A stretch of 64,000 nt of DNA from Candidatus Hydrogenedentota bacterium (GTDB taxonomy: Bacteria; Hydrogenedentota; Hydrogenedentia; Hydrogenedentales; JAEUWI01). The stretch covers positions 1-64,000 of the forward strand of contig JAXMOL010000040.1 in NCBI GenBank assembly GCA_034669905.1, in the 5' to 3' direction. Position numbers and translations under genes: made by a program. Positions 10,049 to 19,568 of this stretch are shown one piece after another. The notes below the pieces were generated by a model. The model was not told the DNA's origin, searched no databases, and was given only the letters and a program-made list of their open reading frames with translations. The first letter of the stretch is position 1. Every line of letters starts with the position of its first letter.

Positions 10049-11119
10049 CTATTTGCCGTCCTCGAGCACCAGCGGTGCCTCCGGATTCAATATGGGTGTA
10101 TCCCAACCCGCCACGTCTTCCGGTTTGACGCCCCGACGGAATTCCGTAAAGCTGAAGGTACTGGGATGGTAGGGACCGACAAAGTCTACACTATTATCGG
10201 CCTTGATAATATCCTCCATTCCCAGGCACCAGAGGTGGGCGTTAACCAGCAAGCGGCGGAATCCTTCGCTCAGGATGTCTTCCGATGCCCCCTGGGTCGT
10301 CGTGAAAATCCGCGCCACCTTGCCCGATTTACTCGTGTAGTTCCTCGTCCACACGACAGGCATTAACTCTTTCGTCGTGTCCACGGGCGAGTCAATCGTC
10401 ATCCCATTTAACACAATGCAGCGCGCCAGGATGGTGCTGCCCTCAATGGGATCCGCCGTGTAGGCGCCTGCCTGGGTGTGCATGGCCGTCACACCCCGCA
10501 AGATGGGGTGGTCCCGGTTATCCAGCTCGGCGGCCAGTATAGAGCTCTGGGCATGGTTTTTTCCGTAGTGGGTTACCCAGGTCTCCCCGAGCACCTGGCG
10601 GCCAAAGCCCATGTAGTGCTCCTCCCCGGGGTAGCGAAAGTCGTAGGAATAGAACTTTCGTCCTTCGGGAATCTTAAAGGCGTGGGTTGAAGTACGCAGG
10701 CCCATAATGGGGCCACCCCGATCCACGTAATCCACGAAGTGCTGCATTTCTTCGTCATCCATATTGATGAAGCGGAAGAACACCACCATGAGATCGGCTT
10801 CCTTCAAGACGGAAAGCCCCCGGAGATGGCTACTCCCCGGCTTGAGGGTCCCATCCTCGGGGTCCACTCCAAAGATGACCGTGCACTTGAAACCATAGCG
10901 CTTCGCCATGATGCGGGCCAGCGCGGGCAGACTCTCTTCCCCCCGATACTCATGGTCTGAGGCGAGAAAGACGATGTGCTTGCCCAGACCCGGGCCTTCG
11001 CTTCCTTCGTAGACCACCTGTTGCGAGGGTGCCGCCATCAGCGTGCTACTCATCGAGAAAAGAAGGGCGGCAAGCCCCAAAACTACACCAGGTCGCTGAA
11101 AAATACGTCCTACAGGCAT
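10049..11119 (-). CDS. ThuA-like (trehalose utilisation/GATase1-like) domain protein
   Basis: Signal peptide; motifs DHEYRGEESLP, GLRTSTHAF, HPILRGV, PVVWTR and RIFTTTQG. Confidence 0.78.
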   Translation of the reverse strand: MPVGRIFQRPGVVLGLAALLFSMSSTLMAAPSQQVVYEGSEGPGLGKHIVFLASDHEYRGEESLPALARIMAKRYGFKCTVIFGVDPEDGTLKPGSSHLRGLSVLKEADLMVVFFRFINMDDEEMQHFVDYVDRGGPIMGLRTSTHAFKIPEGRKFYSYDFRYPGEEHYMGFGRQVLGETWVTHYGKNHAQSSILAAELDNRDHPILRGVTAMHTQAGAYTADPIEGSTILARCIVLNGMTIDSPVDTTKELMPVVWTRNYTSKSGKVARIFTTTQGASEDILSEGFRRLLVNAHLWCLGMEDIIKADNSVDFVGPYHPSTFSFTEFRRGVKPEDVAGWDTPILNPEAPLVLEDGK

Positions 11120-11243
11120 CCGAAATGCTCCTTACGTCGCGGAAATTCAAAAAATCAGCAGGGAAGCTAAGGGAGCACTATAGCGGACGAAGCCCGCCGG
11201 GACAAATCGACACACCCCGGACAACAAGAGATAGTCAGAAGGA

Positions 11244-12488
11244 CTACTGATGGGTGGACGCGTGGGTACCTGCCGTGTAGCCCGATGACCAGGCCCACTG
11301 TAGATTATAGCCCCCGCAATCGCCGTCGATATCGAGCACTTCGCCGGCAAAATAGAGGCCGGGCACAAACCGGGATTGCATCGTGTGGGCGTCGACCTCC
11401 GACATGTCCACTCCCCCTGCGGTCACCTGGGAGTTCATCCAGGATTTCGTAGCGCTACAGGGAATGCGCCAATCCTTGAGGATCCCAATCAGGCGCTTAA
11501 CTTCTTCGTCGTCCAGATTGCCACAAGGCCGCTTCAGGTCATCCTGGCCCGCCTCCGCAAACAACACGGGAATCAGCCGCTTGTGAAGAAGCCCGATGAG
11601 GCAGACTTCCAGGTCTTTATAGGGTGCATGGCCAATCCGCTTGCGAATCAGCGTTTCCATACTCTCCATGGACTCCTCCGGAAAGAGATCAATCGCCACG
11701 GATAGCTCCCGCTCGCTGCGCTCAAACTCCCCGATGGTCCGGCTCACGTTCAATACGGGCGGTCCCGAGATGCCATAATCCGCGAAGAGTAGATCGCCGA
11801 CCGAGCGGCGCTGGAGTTCGCCGTCTACAAAGGACGAGACCCCGGCATCGCGCACCTTCACCCCCTTGAGGCGGGCGAGAAACCAGGTATCGAGCACCAG
11901 CGGGACCCGAGACGGAAAGGTGTGCGTCACCGTATGGCCCAGGGCACTCGCCAGCTTATAGCCTCCCCCATTCGACCCCAGGTTGGGACTCGAAGTACCT
12001 CCGGCAGCGATAATGACTTTGTCGGATTTGAAGGTTTCGCCGTCGGCGGAAACGGAGAGAAATCCCTTATCCGTCGGCTGAACATCCTGTATCTTCACAT
12101 CCGTTACTTCCCGGATACCAAGCATGGCCATTTCGTAGCGCAGCACGTCGAGCACATTAGAGGCCTGGCCGGTAATGGGAAAGACCCGCCCATGCTCCAC
12201 TTCCCGGACTTCAATGCCGAGGGCGTCGAAAAATGTCAGGGCCGTATCCGCGCCGAAAGATTCCAGTGCGGGCACCATAAAATCCGTATCATTTCCATGG
12301 TAATTGCGCTGGGTGGGTTTGGTATTGCAAAGATTGCACTGCCCCGCCCCGGTCGCCAGCAGCTTCTTGCCTACCTTGGGCATACGCTCCGCCAAGGTCA
12401 CATAGGCACCCCGGCGCGCCGCGATGATGGCAGCCATCATGCCCGCCGGACCGCCCCCCACTACCAGAATCTTAATTTGTTGTGCCAT
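11244..12488 (-). CDS. HI0933/BaiN-family flavoprotein (NAD(P)/FAD-dependent oxidoreductase)
   Basis: Motifs GGGPAGMMAA, GKKLLATGAGQCN, VTAGGV and GEVLDIDGDCGGYNLQWAWSSG. Start may be 12521. Confidence 0.92.
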   Translation of the reverse strand: MAQQIKILVVGGGPAGMMAAIIAARRGAYVTLAERMPKVGKKLLATGAGQCNLCNTKPTQRNYHGNDTDFMVPALESFGADTALTFFDALGIEVREVEHGRVFPITGQASNVLDVLRYEMAMLGIREVTDVKIQDVQPTDKGFLSVSADGETFKSDKVIIAAGGTSSPNLGSNGGGYKLASALGHTVTHTFPSRVPLVLDTWFLARLKGVKVRDAGVSSFVDGELQRRSVGDLLFADYGISGPPVLNVSRTIGEFERSERELSVAIDLFPEESMESMETLIRKRIGHAPYKDLEVCLIGLLHKRLIPVLFAEAGQDDLKRPCGNLDDEEVKRLIGILKDWRIPCSATKSWMNSQVTAGGVDMSEVDAHTMQSRFVPGLYFAGEVLDIDGDCGGYNLQWAWSSGYTAGTHASTHQ

Positions 12489-12837
12489 AGGGAATCGTGT
12501 GTTTTCTTTGGAATTGGACATTGTTGCGCAAAGGGGACGGAGTTATAGCACGTCCACAAAGGGGATTGGGAGAATCCCGCCATTCGAAGGAATCCTATTC
12601 TATCACGAACCCGGTGCCCACTTCCGTTCGGAGTGTGGCCCCACACTACCCCTGGCGTGAAAGAAGCCGACGACCTCCGCCAGGGCGGAACATCCCATCC
12701 GGATTGGTGAATGTGCTAGAATGGGGCCATCCAAGTCACCACAACGGGGACCGTTGTGTCCCCTCCATGGGCGCCCAGGTGGCGCTCCGTTCGAAACGCA
12801 ACCCGTGCCCTGTGCGCGTCCCACGTGTGAGCAGTTC

Positions 12838-14463
12838 ATGATACGCCTGACCAATCTCGTTCTCCCCCTCGATCATAGCGACGACGAACTCCTTGCGGCC
12901 ATGGCCAGTAAGCTGGCCGTCAACAAATCGCGGATTACCGACTTTACGGTCTTTCGTCGCAATGTGGATGCCCGAAAAAAGACCAATATCCGGCTCAGCT
13001 ACACCCTCGACGTAACGGTCGAGCAGGAAGAGGCGGTGCTCGCCGCCACGTCGGGCGCACCCAATATCAAACCCTCCCCCGACACGCGCTACAAGCTCGT
13101 GGCCGAGGCCGAGCCCGGTAAGGAATATCCCCGCCCCGTCGTGGTCGGCATCGGCCCCTGTGGCATGTTCACCGGCCTCCTCCTGGCCCAGATGGGACTT
13201 CGCCCTATCATTATCGAACGGGGGAAAAAGGCCCGGGCACGCTCCAAGGATGTATTCCACTTCTGGAAAACCGGTAAGCTCAACGAACGCTCCAACGTGC
13301 AGTTTGGCGAGGGCGGTGCCGGCACCTTCTCCGACGGAAAACTCACGACCCGCATCAAAGACAAGAACAATCGTATGCGGAAGGTCCTGGAGGAAATGGT
13401 CATTGCGGGGGCCCCCGAGGAAATCCTCTGGATTGGCAAACCCCACATCGGCACCTACAAGCTGATTCGTGTGGTTCGGAGCCTCCGCGCAGCCATCGAC
13501 GCGGCAGGGGGCGAGACCCGCTTTGAAACCCAGGTCACAGACCTCATCACCGAAGACGGGAAAGTCGCCGGGGTCACCCTCGACAGCGGCGAGACCATCC
13601 GTACCCCCGCCGTCATCATGGCCGTGGGACACAGCGCCCGTGACACCTTCGCCATGCTCCATGAGCGCGGCATCGCTATCGAGCGTAAACCCTTTTCCAT
13701 AGGTGCCCGGGTGGAACATCCCCAGGACCTCGTAGACCGCGCCCAGTTTGGTGATTTCGCCGGCCACCCCCGCGTCGGCAAGGGGGACTACAAACTCGCC
13801 CACCACTGTCGCAACGGTCGCACCGCCTACAGCTTCTGCATGTGTCCCGGCGGTCAGGTCATCGCGGCGGCGTCGGAGCCGGGCCGGGTCGTCACCAACG
13901 GTATGAGTTACTACTCCCGTGCCGAGGCCAACGCCAACAGCGGTCTCGTGGTCGAAGTTTTCCCCGACGACTTCGGTAGTGAACACCCCCTCGCCGGAGT
14001 GGAATTTCAACGGCACTGGGAAGAATTGGCCTACCAGACCGGTGGTTCCAACTATCATGCACCGGCCCAACTGATCAAAGATTTCTTGAAGGGCGAAGCA
14101 TCCACCGAACTGGGCAGCGTGAAGCCCTCTTACACCCCCGGGGTAACCCCCTGCGACCTGGAAGCCTGTCTCCCGCCGTATGTCATCGAAGCCATGCGGG
14201 AGGCCATCGGTGCCTTTGACCGGAAACTTCGGGGCTTCGCGTTGGGCGACGCCGTGCTCACCGGGGTCGAAACCCGGAGTTCCTCACCCATCCGCATGAC
14301 CCGGGGCGACGATTACGAGTCGGTCAACACCCCCGGACTCTTCCCCGCAGGCGAAGGTGCCGGTTTCGCGGGGGGCATCATGTCGGCCGCCGTGGACGGT
14401 ATCAAGGTGGCCGAAGCCGTCGCACGCAAGTTGGTGGGTGTAGCTCCGCAAAACGAGGCCTGA
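12838..14463 (+). CDS. Uncharacterised FAD-dependent dehydrogenase (COG2509-like)
   Basis: Motifs NVQFGEGGAGTFSDGKL, SFCMCPGG, ETRSSSP and GEGAGFAGGIMSAAVDG. Confidence 0.92.
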   Translation: MIRLTNLVLPLDHSDDELLAAMASKLAVNKSRITDFTVFRRNVDARKKTNIRLSYTLDVTVEQEEAVLAATSGAPNIKPSPDTRYKLVAEAEPGKEYPRPVVVGIGPCGMFTGLLLAQMGLRPIIIERGKKARARSKDVFHFWKTGKLNERSNVQFGEGGAGTFSDGKLTTRIKDKNNRMRKVLEEMVIAGAPEEILWIGKPHIGTYKLIRVVRSLRAAIDAAGGETRFETQVTDLITEDGKVAGVTLDSGETIRTPAVIMAVGHSARDTFAMLHERGIAIERKPFSIGARVEHPQDLVDRAQFGDFAGHPRVGKGDYKLAHHCRNGRTAYSFCMCPGGQVIAAASEPGRVVTNGMSYYSRAEANANSGLVVEVFPDDFGSEHPLAGVEFQRHWEELAYQTGGSNYHAPAQLIKDFLKGEASTELGSVKPSYTPGVTPCDLEACLPPYVIEAMREAIGAFDRKLRGFALGDAVLTGVETRSSSPIRMTRGDDYESVNTPGLFPAGEGAGFAGGIMSAAVDGIKVAEAVARKLVGVAPQNEA

Positions 14464-14466
14464 GCC

Positions 14467-15504
14467 ATGTTAAACCGCAGGCAGTTTCTGCACCGCTCCA
14501 CCTTGGGCCTGGGCCTGGCTTCCCTCATGGGCGCCCATCCTTCGCACCCCCCCTGTGCCCCTGTGATCTCAGGAAACCTCTGGTGGTATCACCCTGATTC
14601 CTACTCCCTCGACCAATGGGCGACGATGCTGTCCGACCAGCGTGCCCTGGGCTTCGACCTGCTCTGGCTCAGCAATGTCACGTCTGCCCTCGACAGCGAC
14701 GAGCACCGCGCCCACCTGGTCGGATTGATGGACCGGGCCCACGCCCAGGGATTTCAGGTGCTGCTGGATACGGGCTCTACACCTAATTGGTATGGCCACC
14801 GGGATCTCGACCGCGAACTGGCCTATTGCGGGAACACCCTCGATGCTGTGGCTAAACTGGTGGGGTCACACCCGGCCTTCTACGGCTGGTATATCCCCCA
14901 TGAAATCTACATGAGCTGGGGCGACTTCGCCGCCTATATCGACCGCCTCTACCCCGCACTCGTCCAACGCGCGAAAGCCGCAGTGGATAAACCGGTCACC
15001 CTCTCCCCGTTCTTTATCCTGGACCGCGACCAGATATTCGGCACCTTTCAATACAACGAGCCCGACGCCTATGCGGCCTACTGGACCGGGCTCCTCCGCC
15101 GCAGCGCCATCGACATCGTCATGCTGCAAGACAGCGGCGAGCACTTCTCCTACGTGACCAACGCCATGCGGCGCCCCTTCTTCCAGGCCATGCACACCGC
15201 GTGTAAGGCCTCCGGTGCCACGCTCTGGGGCAATGTGGAGTGTGCGGAGTTCTTCTGCGAAAGCCCAGAGGCCTACGTGGAAAAATACGGCAAGGTACAC
15301 CACGCCACCGTGAAAGATGCCCCGTGGCGCATCGTCCCCATGGATCGAATGAAAGAGAAACTGGATTTGGCAGCGGCGTATTCCGAGCGCATCGTCACCT
15401 GGGGTTACCAGCAATTTGGTCGGCCCGCACTCGGCGAGGAAGCCCAGGCCTGGGGAAAGGCCTATCAGGACTATCAGCAGCAGGTGAAGCTGCGCAGCTC
15501 ATAG
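14467..15504 (+). CDS. Tat-exported TIM-barrel glycoside hydrolase-like protein (DUF4434-like)
   Basis: Tat signal NRRQFL; motifs FYGWYIPHE, SPFF, MLQDSG and LWGNVE. Confidence 0.7.
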   Translation: MLNRRQFLHRSTLGLGLASLMGAHPSHPPCAPVISGNLWWYHPDSYSLDQWATMLSDQRALGFDLLWLSNVTSALDSDEHRAHLVGLMDRAHAQGFQVLLDTGSTPNWYGHRDLDRELAYCGNTLDAVAKLVGSHPAFYGWYIPHEIYMSWGDFAAYIDRLYPALVQRAKAAVDKPVTLSPFFILDRDQIFGTFQYNEPDAYAAYWTGLLRRSAIDIVMLQDSGEHFSYVTNAMRRPFFQAMHTACKASGATLWGNVECAEFFCESPEAYVEKYGKVHHATVKDAPWRIVPMDRMKEKLDLAAAYSERIVTWGYQQFGRPALGEEAQAWGKAYQDYQQQVKLRSS

Positions 15505-15513
15505 GCCCCTGAC

Positions 15514-15552
15514 AAAAAAAAGCCCGGCCACCAGAATATTTCCAGTGGCCGG
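15514..15552 (-). terminator. Intrinsic terminator for the PEP-CTERM gene
   Basis: A8 run followed by the stem CCGGCCAC...GTGGCCGG, located between convergent genes. Confidence 0.65.
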
Positions 15553-15590
15553 ACGAGACGCTTTCTAACAGATTCTTGCAGGTCAGTCTA

Positions 15591-16292
15591 TCAGGCGCCC
15601 CGGTTCATACGACGACGGATCGCCATTCCCGCAACACCCAGACCCAGCAGGGTCATGGTAGCCGGTTCCGGAACAGGAGCCGAGCTACCACTGGCAAAGG
15701 CACCGAAGGTAAAGTCGGGACCAACACCAAGATGATTCCGTACGGATACGGTATTGATTACGTCACCCACGGAAAAGCCGAGTGTCGTCAAATCAAAGAC
15801 GATCTCGCCGTGGCTGGGTGCGTAATCTTGAAACAGGGACACACTGGATGCAAATACTCCTGCATCGTACCAGGTCCCTCCATTGAACTGAATGTCCCAA
15901 CCGGTTCGACCGGAATCTGGCGCCCCTGGAAGGCGTCCACTGGATTCATAGAGCACGAACAAGGAACCATCGCCCGCCCCCAACGTCACACCGGTTCCGT
16001 AGGTGAGCGTAAACCAATCAAGTGGGTGCTGATCACCCAGGCTGATATGATCGCCGGGGTCAACGTTGTTGAATTGACCCGCCGCCAATTCACCGAGGGT
16101 GAAAAGATCCACCCCCGCCGCGTTGTCCCAAAGGTTACCGTGAATGTGTATTTCATTCGTAATACTGGTCGTTACTGCTGCACCAGTAAATTGCCCGAGA
16201 TCAAACTCGAAGCCGTTGATATTGACTGCCTGGGCCGCTCCGGAAAGGAGTAACAACCCACACCCCAGACACAGTCGTTGATAGTTCTTCAT
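15591..16292 (-). CDS. PEP-CTERM sorting domain protein
   Basis: Signal peptide ending AAQA; C-terminus VPEPATMTLLGLGVAGMAIRRR. Confidence 0.93.
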   Translation of the reverse strand: MKNYQRLCLGCGLLLLSGAAQAVNINGFEFDLGQFTGAAVTTSITNEIHIHGNLWDNAAGVDLFTLGELAAGQFNNVDPGDHISLGDQHPLDWFTLTYGTGVTLGAGDGSLFVLYESSGRLPGAPDSGRTGWDIQFNGGTWYDAGVFASSVSLFQDYAPSHGEIVFDLTTLGFSVGDVINTVSVRNHLGVGPDFTFGAFASGSSAPVPEPATMTLLGLGVAGMAIRRRMNRGA

Positions 16293-16631
16293 TAATTCAA
16301 CCCTTTCGCATACGCACACTTCATGCGTTGACAAATCTGGCTGTTAATGGTCAGCCCCGTACCCCCGCCCCATGCAGCACCTAGTCGGTGTGGTCTACGT
16401 GCTTCCTCTGCACCCTGCAATGCAGTCGCCTCGCCGCAAACGTCACCCAAGCCCAGCCGTAGTATAGCGAACTGACAGATTTCTGTCAATATAATTCACA
16501 TCGATTTTCCGGTTAGGCTATCCGCCGTCCCGGCGAATACCTATTGCACTTTCGCCACCGGGTGTATTAAGGTCTAGCGAGGCCCCGCGGTGGCTCCAAA
16601 CAACCCCAAACGACTGGAGATACTATTAAAA

Positions 16632-17492
16632 ATGAGAAAAATCACCCCGTTATTCGCCCTCCTCTTTGTCCTGACTGCCACCAGCTGCAGCGCCTCCGAC
16701 TTTGATTCCCCAGTCGTCAAACGATGGACCAAGATGGAGAAGAACGACCAGGGCGAAATGAAAGAAGTGAAGTACATGACCATCGATGGGATTATGGTCC
16801 ATGAAGAAGATCCCGCGATTCAGCCCCAGCCCCCGGTTGTGACACCCGGGCCCGCGCCGGAAGGCGACGTCATCACCGCCGCCCCCTCCGATGCCATCGT
16901 ACTTTTTGATGGCACCAATCTCCACCAGTGGACCGCAACCGACGGCACGCCCACCAAATGGATACTGAAAGACGGGGCCATGCAGCCCACGGCTGACTCG
17001 GGCTACATCCAGACCAAGGCCGAGTTTGGCTCCTGCCAGCTTCACGTCGAGTTTGCCACGCCCGCCAACGTCGAAGGCGATGGCCAGGGCCGGGGGAACA
17101 GCGGTGTCTTCCTTATGGGGGAATATGAGGTTCAGGTGCTGGACAACTACAACAACACGACCTACCCCGACGGTCAATGTGCGGCCCTCTATGGCCGTAT
17201 GAAGCCCATGGTCAACGCCTGCCGCAAGCCCGGCGAGTGGCAGAGCTACGACATCGTCTTTCACCGCCCCCACTTCAAGGACGGTAAAGTTACCAAGCGG
17301 GCGACCTTTACCGTATTTCACAACGGCATTCTGGTTCACGACAAGGTCGAATTGACCGGCGGCACCGGCTGGGAAGGTGGCAGTTCCATCAGCGAATACG
17401 TCGCCCACGGAGACAAGGGTCCCCTCAAGTTCCAGGACCACGGCAATCCTGTTTCCTTCCGTAATGTTTGGATTCGTGAACTCGAAGACTGA
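16632..17492 (+). CDS. DUF1080 / 3-keto-disaccharide hydrolase family protein
   Basis: Motifs APSDAIVLFDG, QLHVEF, RGNSGVFL, YEVQVLD and QDHGNPVSFRNVWIR; signal peptide. Confidence 0.9.
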   Translation: MRKITPLFALLFVLTATSCSASDFDSPVVKRWTKMEKNDQGEMKEVKYMTIDGIMVHEEDPAIQPQPPVVTPGPAPEGDVITAAPSDAIVLFDGTNLHQWTATDGTPTKWILKDGAMQPTADSGYIQTKAEFGSCQLHVEFATPANVEGDGQGRGNSGVFLMGEYEVQVLDNYNNTTYPDGQCAALYGRMKPMVNACRKPGEWQSYDIVFHRPHFKDGKVTKRATFTVFHNGILVHDKVELTGGTGWEGGSSISEYVAHGDKGPLKFQDHGNPVSFRNVWIRELED

Positions 17493-17589
17493 GCAAGCCA
17501 AGTTGACATAATTCACCACCCGGTAAGCGGCATGCTGCTTACCGGGTATCTTTTAGACTCCACGACCTACACGACACAAAGGAATTGAT

Positions 17590-18441
17590 ATGACGGGCGC
17601 GCAGATGAGAGAAAAACTTCAATCCGGGGAACGGGTCTACGGCACCCATATCGTGAGCCTGATGAACCCCCTGGCAGCCGCGATCGCCACTGGTCTGGAA
17701 CTCGACTTCGCTTTTTTCTGCACCGAGCACATGCCTATCGATCGGACCGAGACCGCCATGCTCTGCCAGTTTTACAAGGCCCACGGCATCTCCCCCATCG
17801 TCCGCGTGCCCGACCCCAACCCCACGGCCATCTGCATGGCCACCGATGCGGGTGCGGAAGGCATCGTCGTGCCCTATGTGGAAACCCTTGAGGAAGTACA
17901 GCGCATCGTGGCGGCGGTCAAGCATCGCCCCATAAAGGGCAAGCTACGTGATGACGTCCTTGCCGGAAAGGCCAGCTATACGCCCAAGCTGGAGCGTTTT
18001 CTGGAAGACTTCAACAAAGATCAGTACGTCATCATCGGCGTGGAAAGTGTGGCGGCCATCGAGAACCTCGATGCCCTCATCACAAATACCGGGGTGGATG
18101 GCGTCTTCCTCGGACCCCATGATATTACGACGTCCATGGGTATCCCGGAGGAGTACGACAACCCACGCTTCGTCGACGCTATTCTGGATGTAATCCGCCG
18201 CTGCCGTGCCCAGCAGATCGGCGTGGGCCTGCACTTCAAACTGCTCCAGCTGCAAGATGACATCTTGCAGCGCCTACTCGACGCCGGAATGAATTGGATT
18301 CTCAACGGGTCGGACGTTACGATCCTGCGGGACACCATGAACGCCCAATTGGGTCAGATTCGCGGCATGGCAGGCGATGCCCCCTATGGTACCGAAAAGA
18401 CGACGGCAGCAGAACGGAGTGACAAAACCTGCATCGAATAG
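17590..18441 (+). CDS. HpcH/HpaI aldolase family protein
   Basis: Motifs CTEH, PIVRVP, DAGAEGIVVP, VES..AIEN and DGVFLGPHD. Confidence 0.9.
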   Translation: MTGAQMREKLQSGERVYGTHIVSLMNPLAAAIATGLELDFAFFCTEHMPIDRTETAMLCQFYKAHGISPIVRVPDPNPTAICMATDAGAEGIVVPYVETLEEVQRIVAAVKHRPIKGKLRDDVLAGKASYTPKLERFLEDFNKDQYVIIGVESVAAIENLDALITNTGVDGVFLGPHDITTSMGIPEEYDNPRFVDAILDVIRRCRAQQIGVGLHFKLLQLQDDILQRLLDAGMNWILNGSDVTILRDTMNAQLGQIRGMAGDAPYGTEKTTAAERSDKTCIE

Positions 18442-18454
18442 GGCGGAACGATAC

Positions 18455-19534
18455 TCAGAGCCACCGTCGTTTTCGGAAGTAGAGCACCATCCCGATGGTC
18501 ATCGTCATCATCAAGCCCCAGACGCCAAGATAGCTCCACCGCCAATGCAGTTCCGGCATGTGCTCAAAATTCATGCCGTAGACTCCCACCACAAAGGTGA
18601 GCGGAATGAAGATAGTCGCGATGATGGTGAGTACCTTCATGACCTCATTCATGCGGTTGCTCACACTCGACAGGTAGATATCGTGCATGCTGCTGAGGAT
18701 GTCGCGGAAGGTCTCTACCATGTCGACCACCCGGATGGTGTGGTCATAGACATCGCGCAGGTAAACCCGGGTCTCCGATTGGATGAGCGGAGACTCGGTC
18801 TTGAGAATCGCCGATATCTCTTCGCGCAGTGGCCACACCGACTTCCGCAGGAACAGGATCTCCCGCTTCAACCGGTGAATTTCCTGCATATGCTCCGGCT
18901 CCGGACGAAGTACGATTTCGTCTTCCACCTGCTCGATATAATCTCCGATGCCCTCCAGCGCCACAAAGTAGGCATCGACGATGGCGTCCATCAAGGCGTA
19001 GGCCAGATAGTCCGCCCCCATTCGCCGGACGCGCCCCTTTGCCGTGCGGATGCGATCCCGAATCGGATCGAAGGCATCGCCATCCCGCTCCTGGAAGGAG
19101 ATGACGAAGCCGGCACCGAAGACCATACTCACCGTTTCAATATTAATCTCGTGGCTGTCTTCGTGATAGGTGATCATCTTCAATACCACGAAAAAGTAGT
19201 CGTCGAATTCCTCCGCCTTGGGACGCTGGGAGGTATTCACGATATCTTCCAGCGTCAGGGGGTGGATACCGAATCGCCGCCCCAGATCTCCGATGAGCTC
19301 CACGTCGTGAATGCCAAACACATTAACCCACGTGACCCCGTCTTTTACCGGCACGCAGTCTTGAAGCGCCGCCCCATTGATCACGTTGACATAATCGTTG
19401 GCGAACTTGACGACTTCGATCTGGGTTTCCTGTTGTTTCCGCTCACCGATGAATACCGGCGTGCCCGGAGAAAGCCCCGCTTTGTCACTGAAGAGGGACT
19501 CGCCCCGGTGCTTTCTATGTCGACGACGCTTCAT
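18455..19534 (-). CDS. corA: Magnesium/cobalt transporter CorA
   Basis: Motifs HPLTLEDI, QRPK, MNEVMKVLT and YGMNF.MPEL; two C-terminal TM helices. Confidence 0.96.
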   Translation of the reverse strand: MKRRRHRKHRGESLFSDKAGLSPGTPVFIGERKQQETQIEVVKFANDYVNVINGAALQDCVPVKDGVTWVNVFGIHDVELIGDLGRRFGIHPLTLEDIVNTSQRPKAEEFDDYFFVVLKMITYHEDSHEINIETVSMVFGAGFVISFQERDGDAFDPIRDRIRTAKGRVRRMGADYLAYALMDAIVDAYFVALEGIGDYIEQVEDEIVLRPEPEHMQEIHRLKREILFLRKSVWPLREEISAILKTESPLIQSETRVYLRDVYDHTIRVVDMVETFRDILSSMHDIYLSSVSNRMNEVMKVLTIIATIFIPLTFVVGVYGMNFEHMPELHWRWSYLGVWGLMMTMTIGMVLYFRKRRWL

Positions 19535-19568
19535 AGCGGTTCTTTCTTCCGGTTCGCCAAATCGCTTG

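Noticed and set aside
16293..16600. Riboswitch (e.g. c-di-GMP-I) or sigma-54 promoter upstream of the PEP-CTERM gene
   Set aside because: I could not find the conserved GGCAAAC/GACGCAAAG or TGGCAC-N5-TTGC cores by eye.
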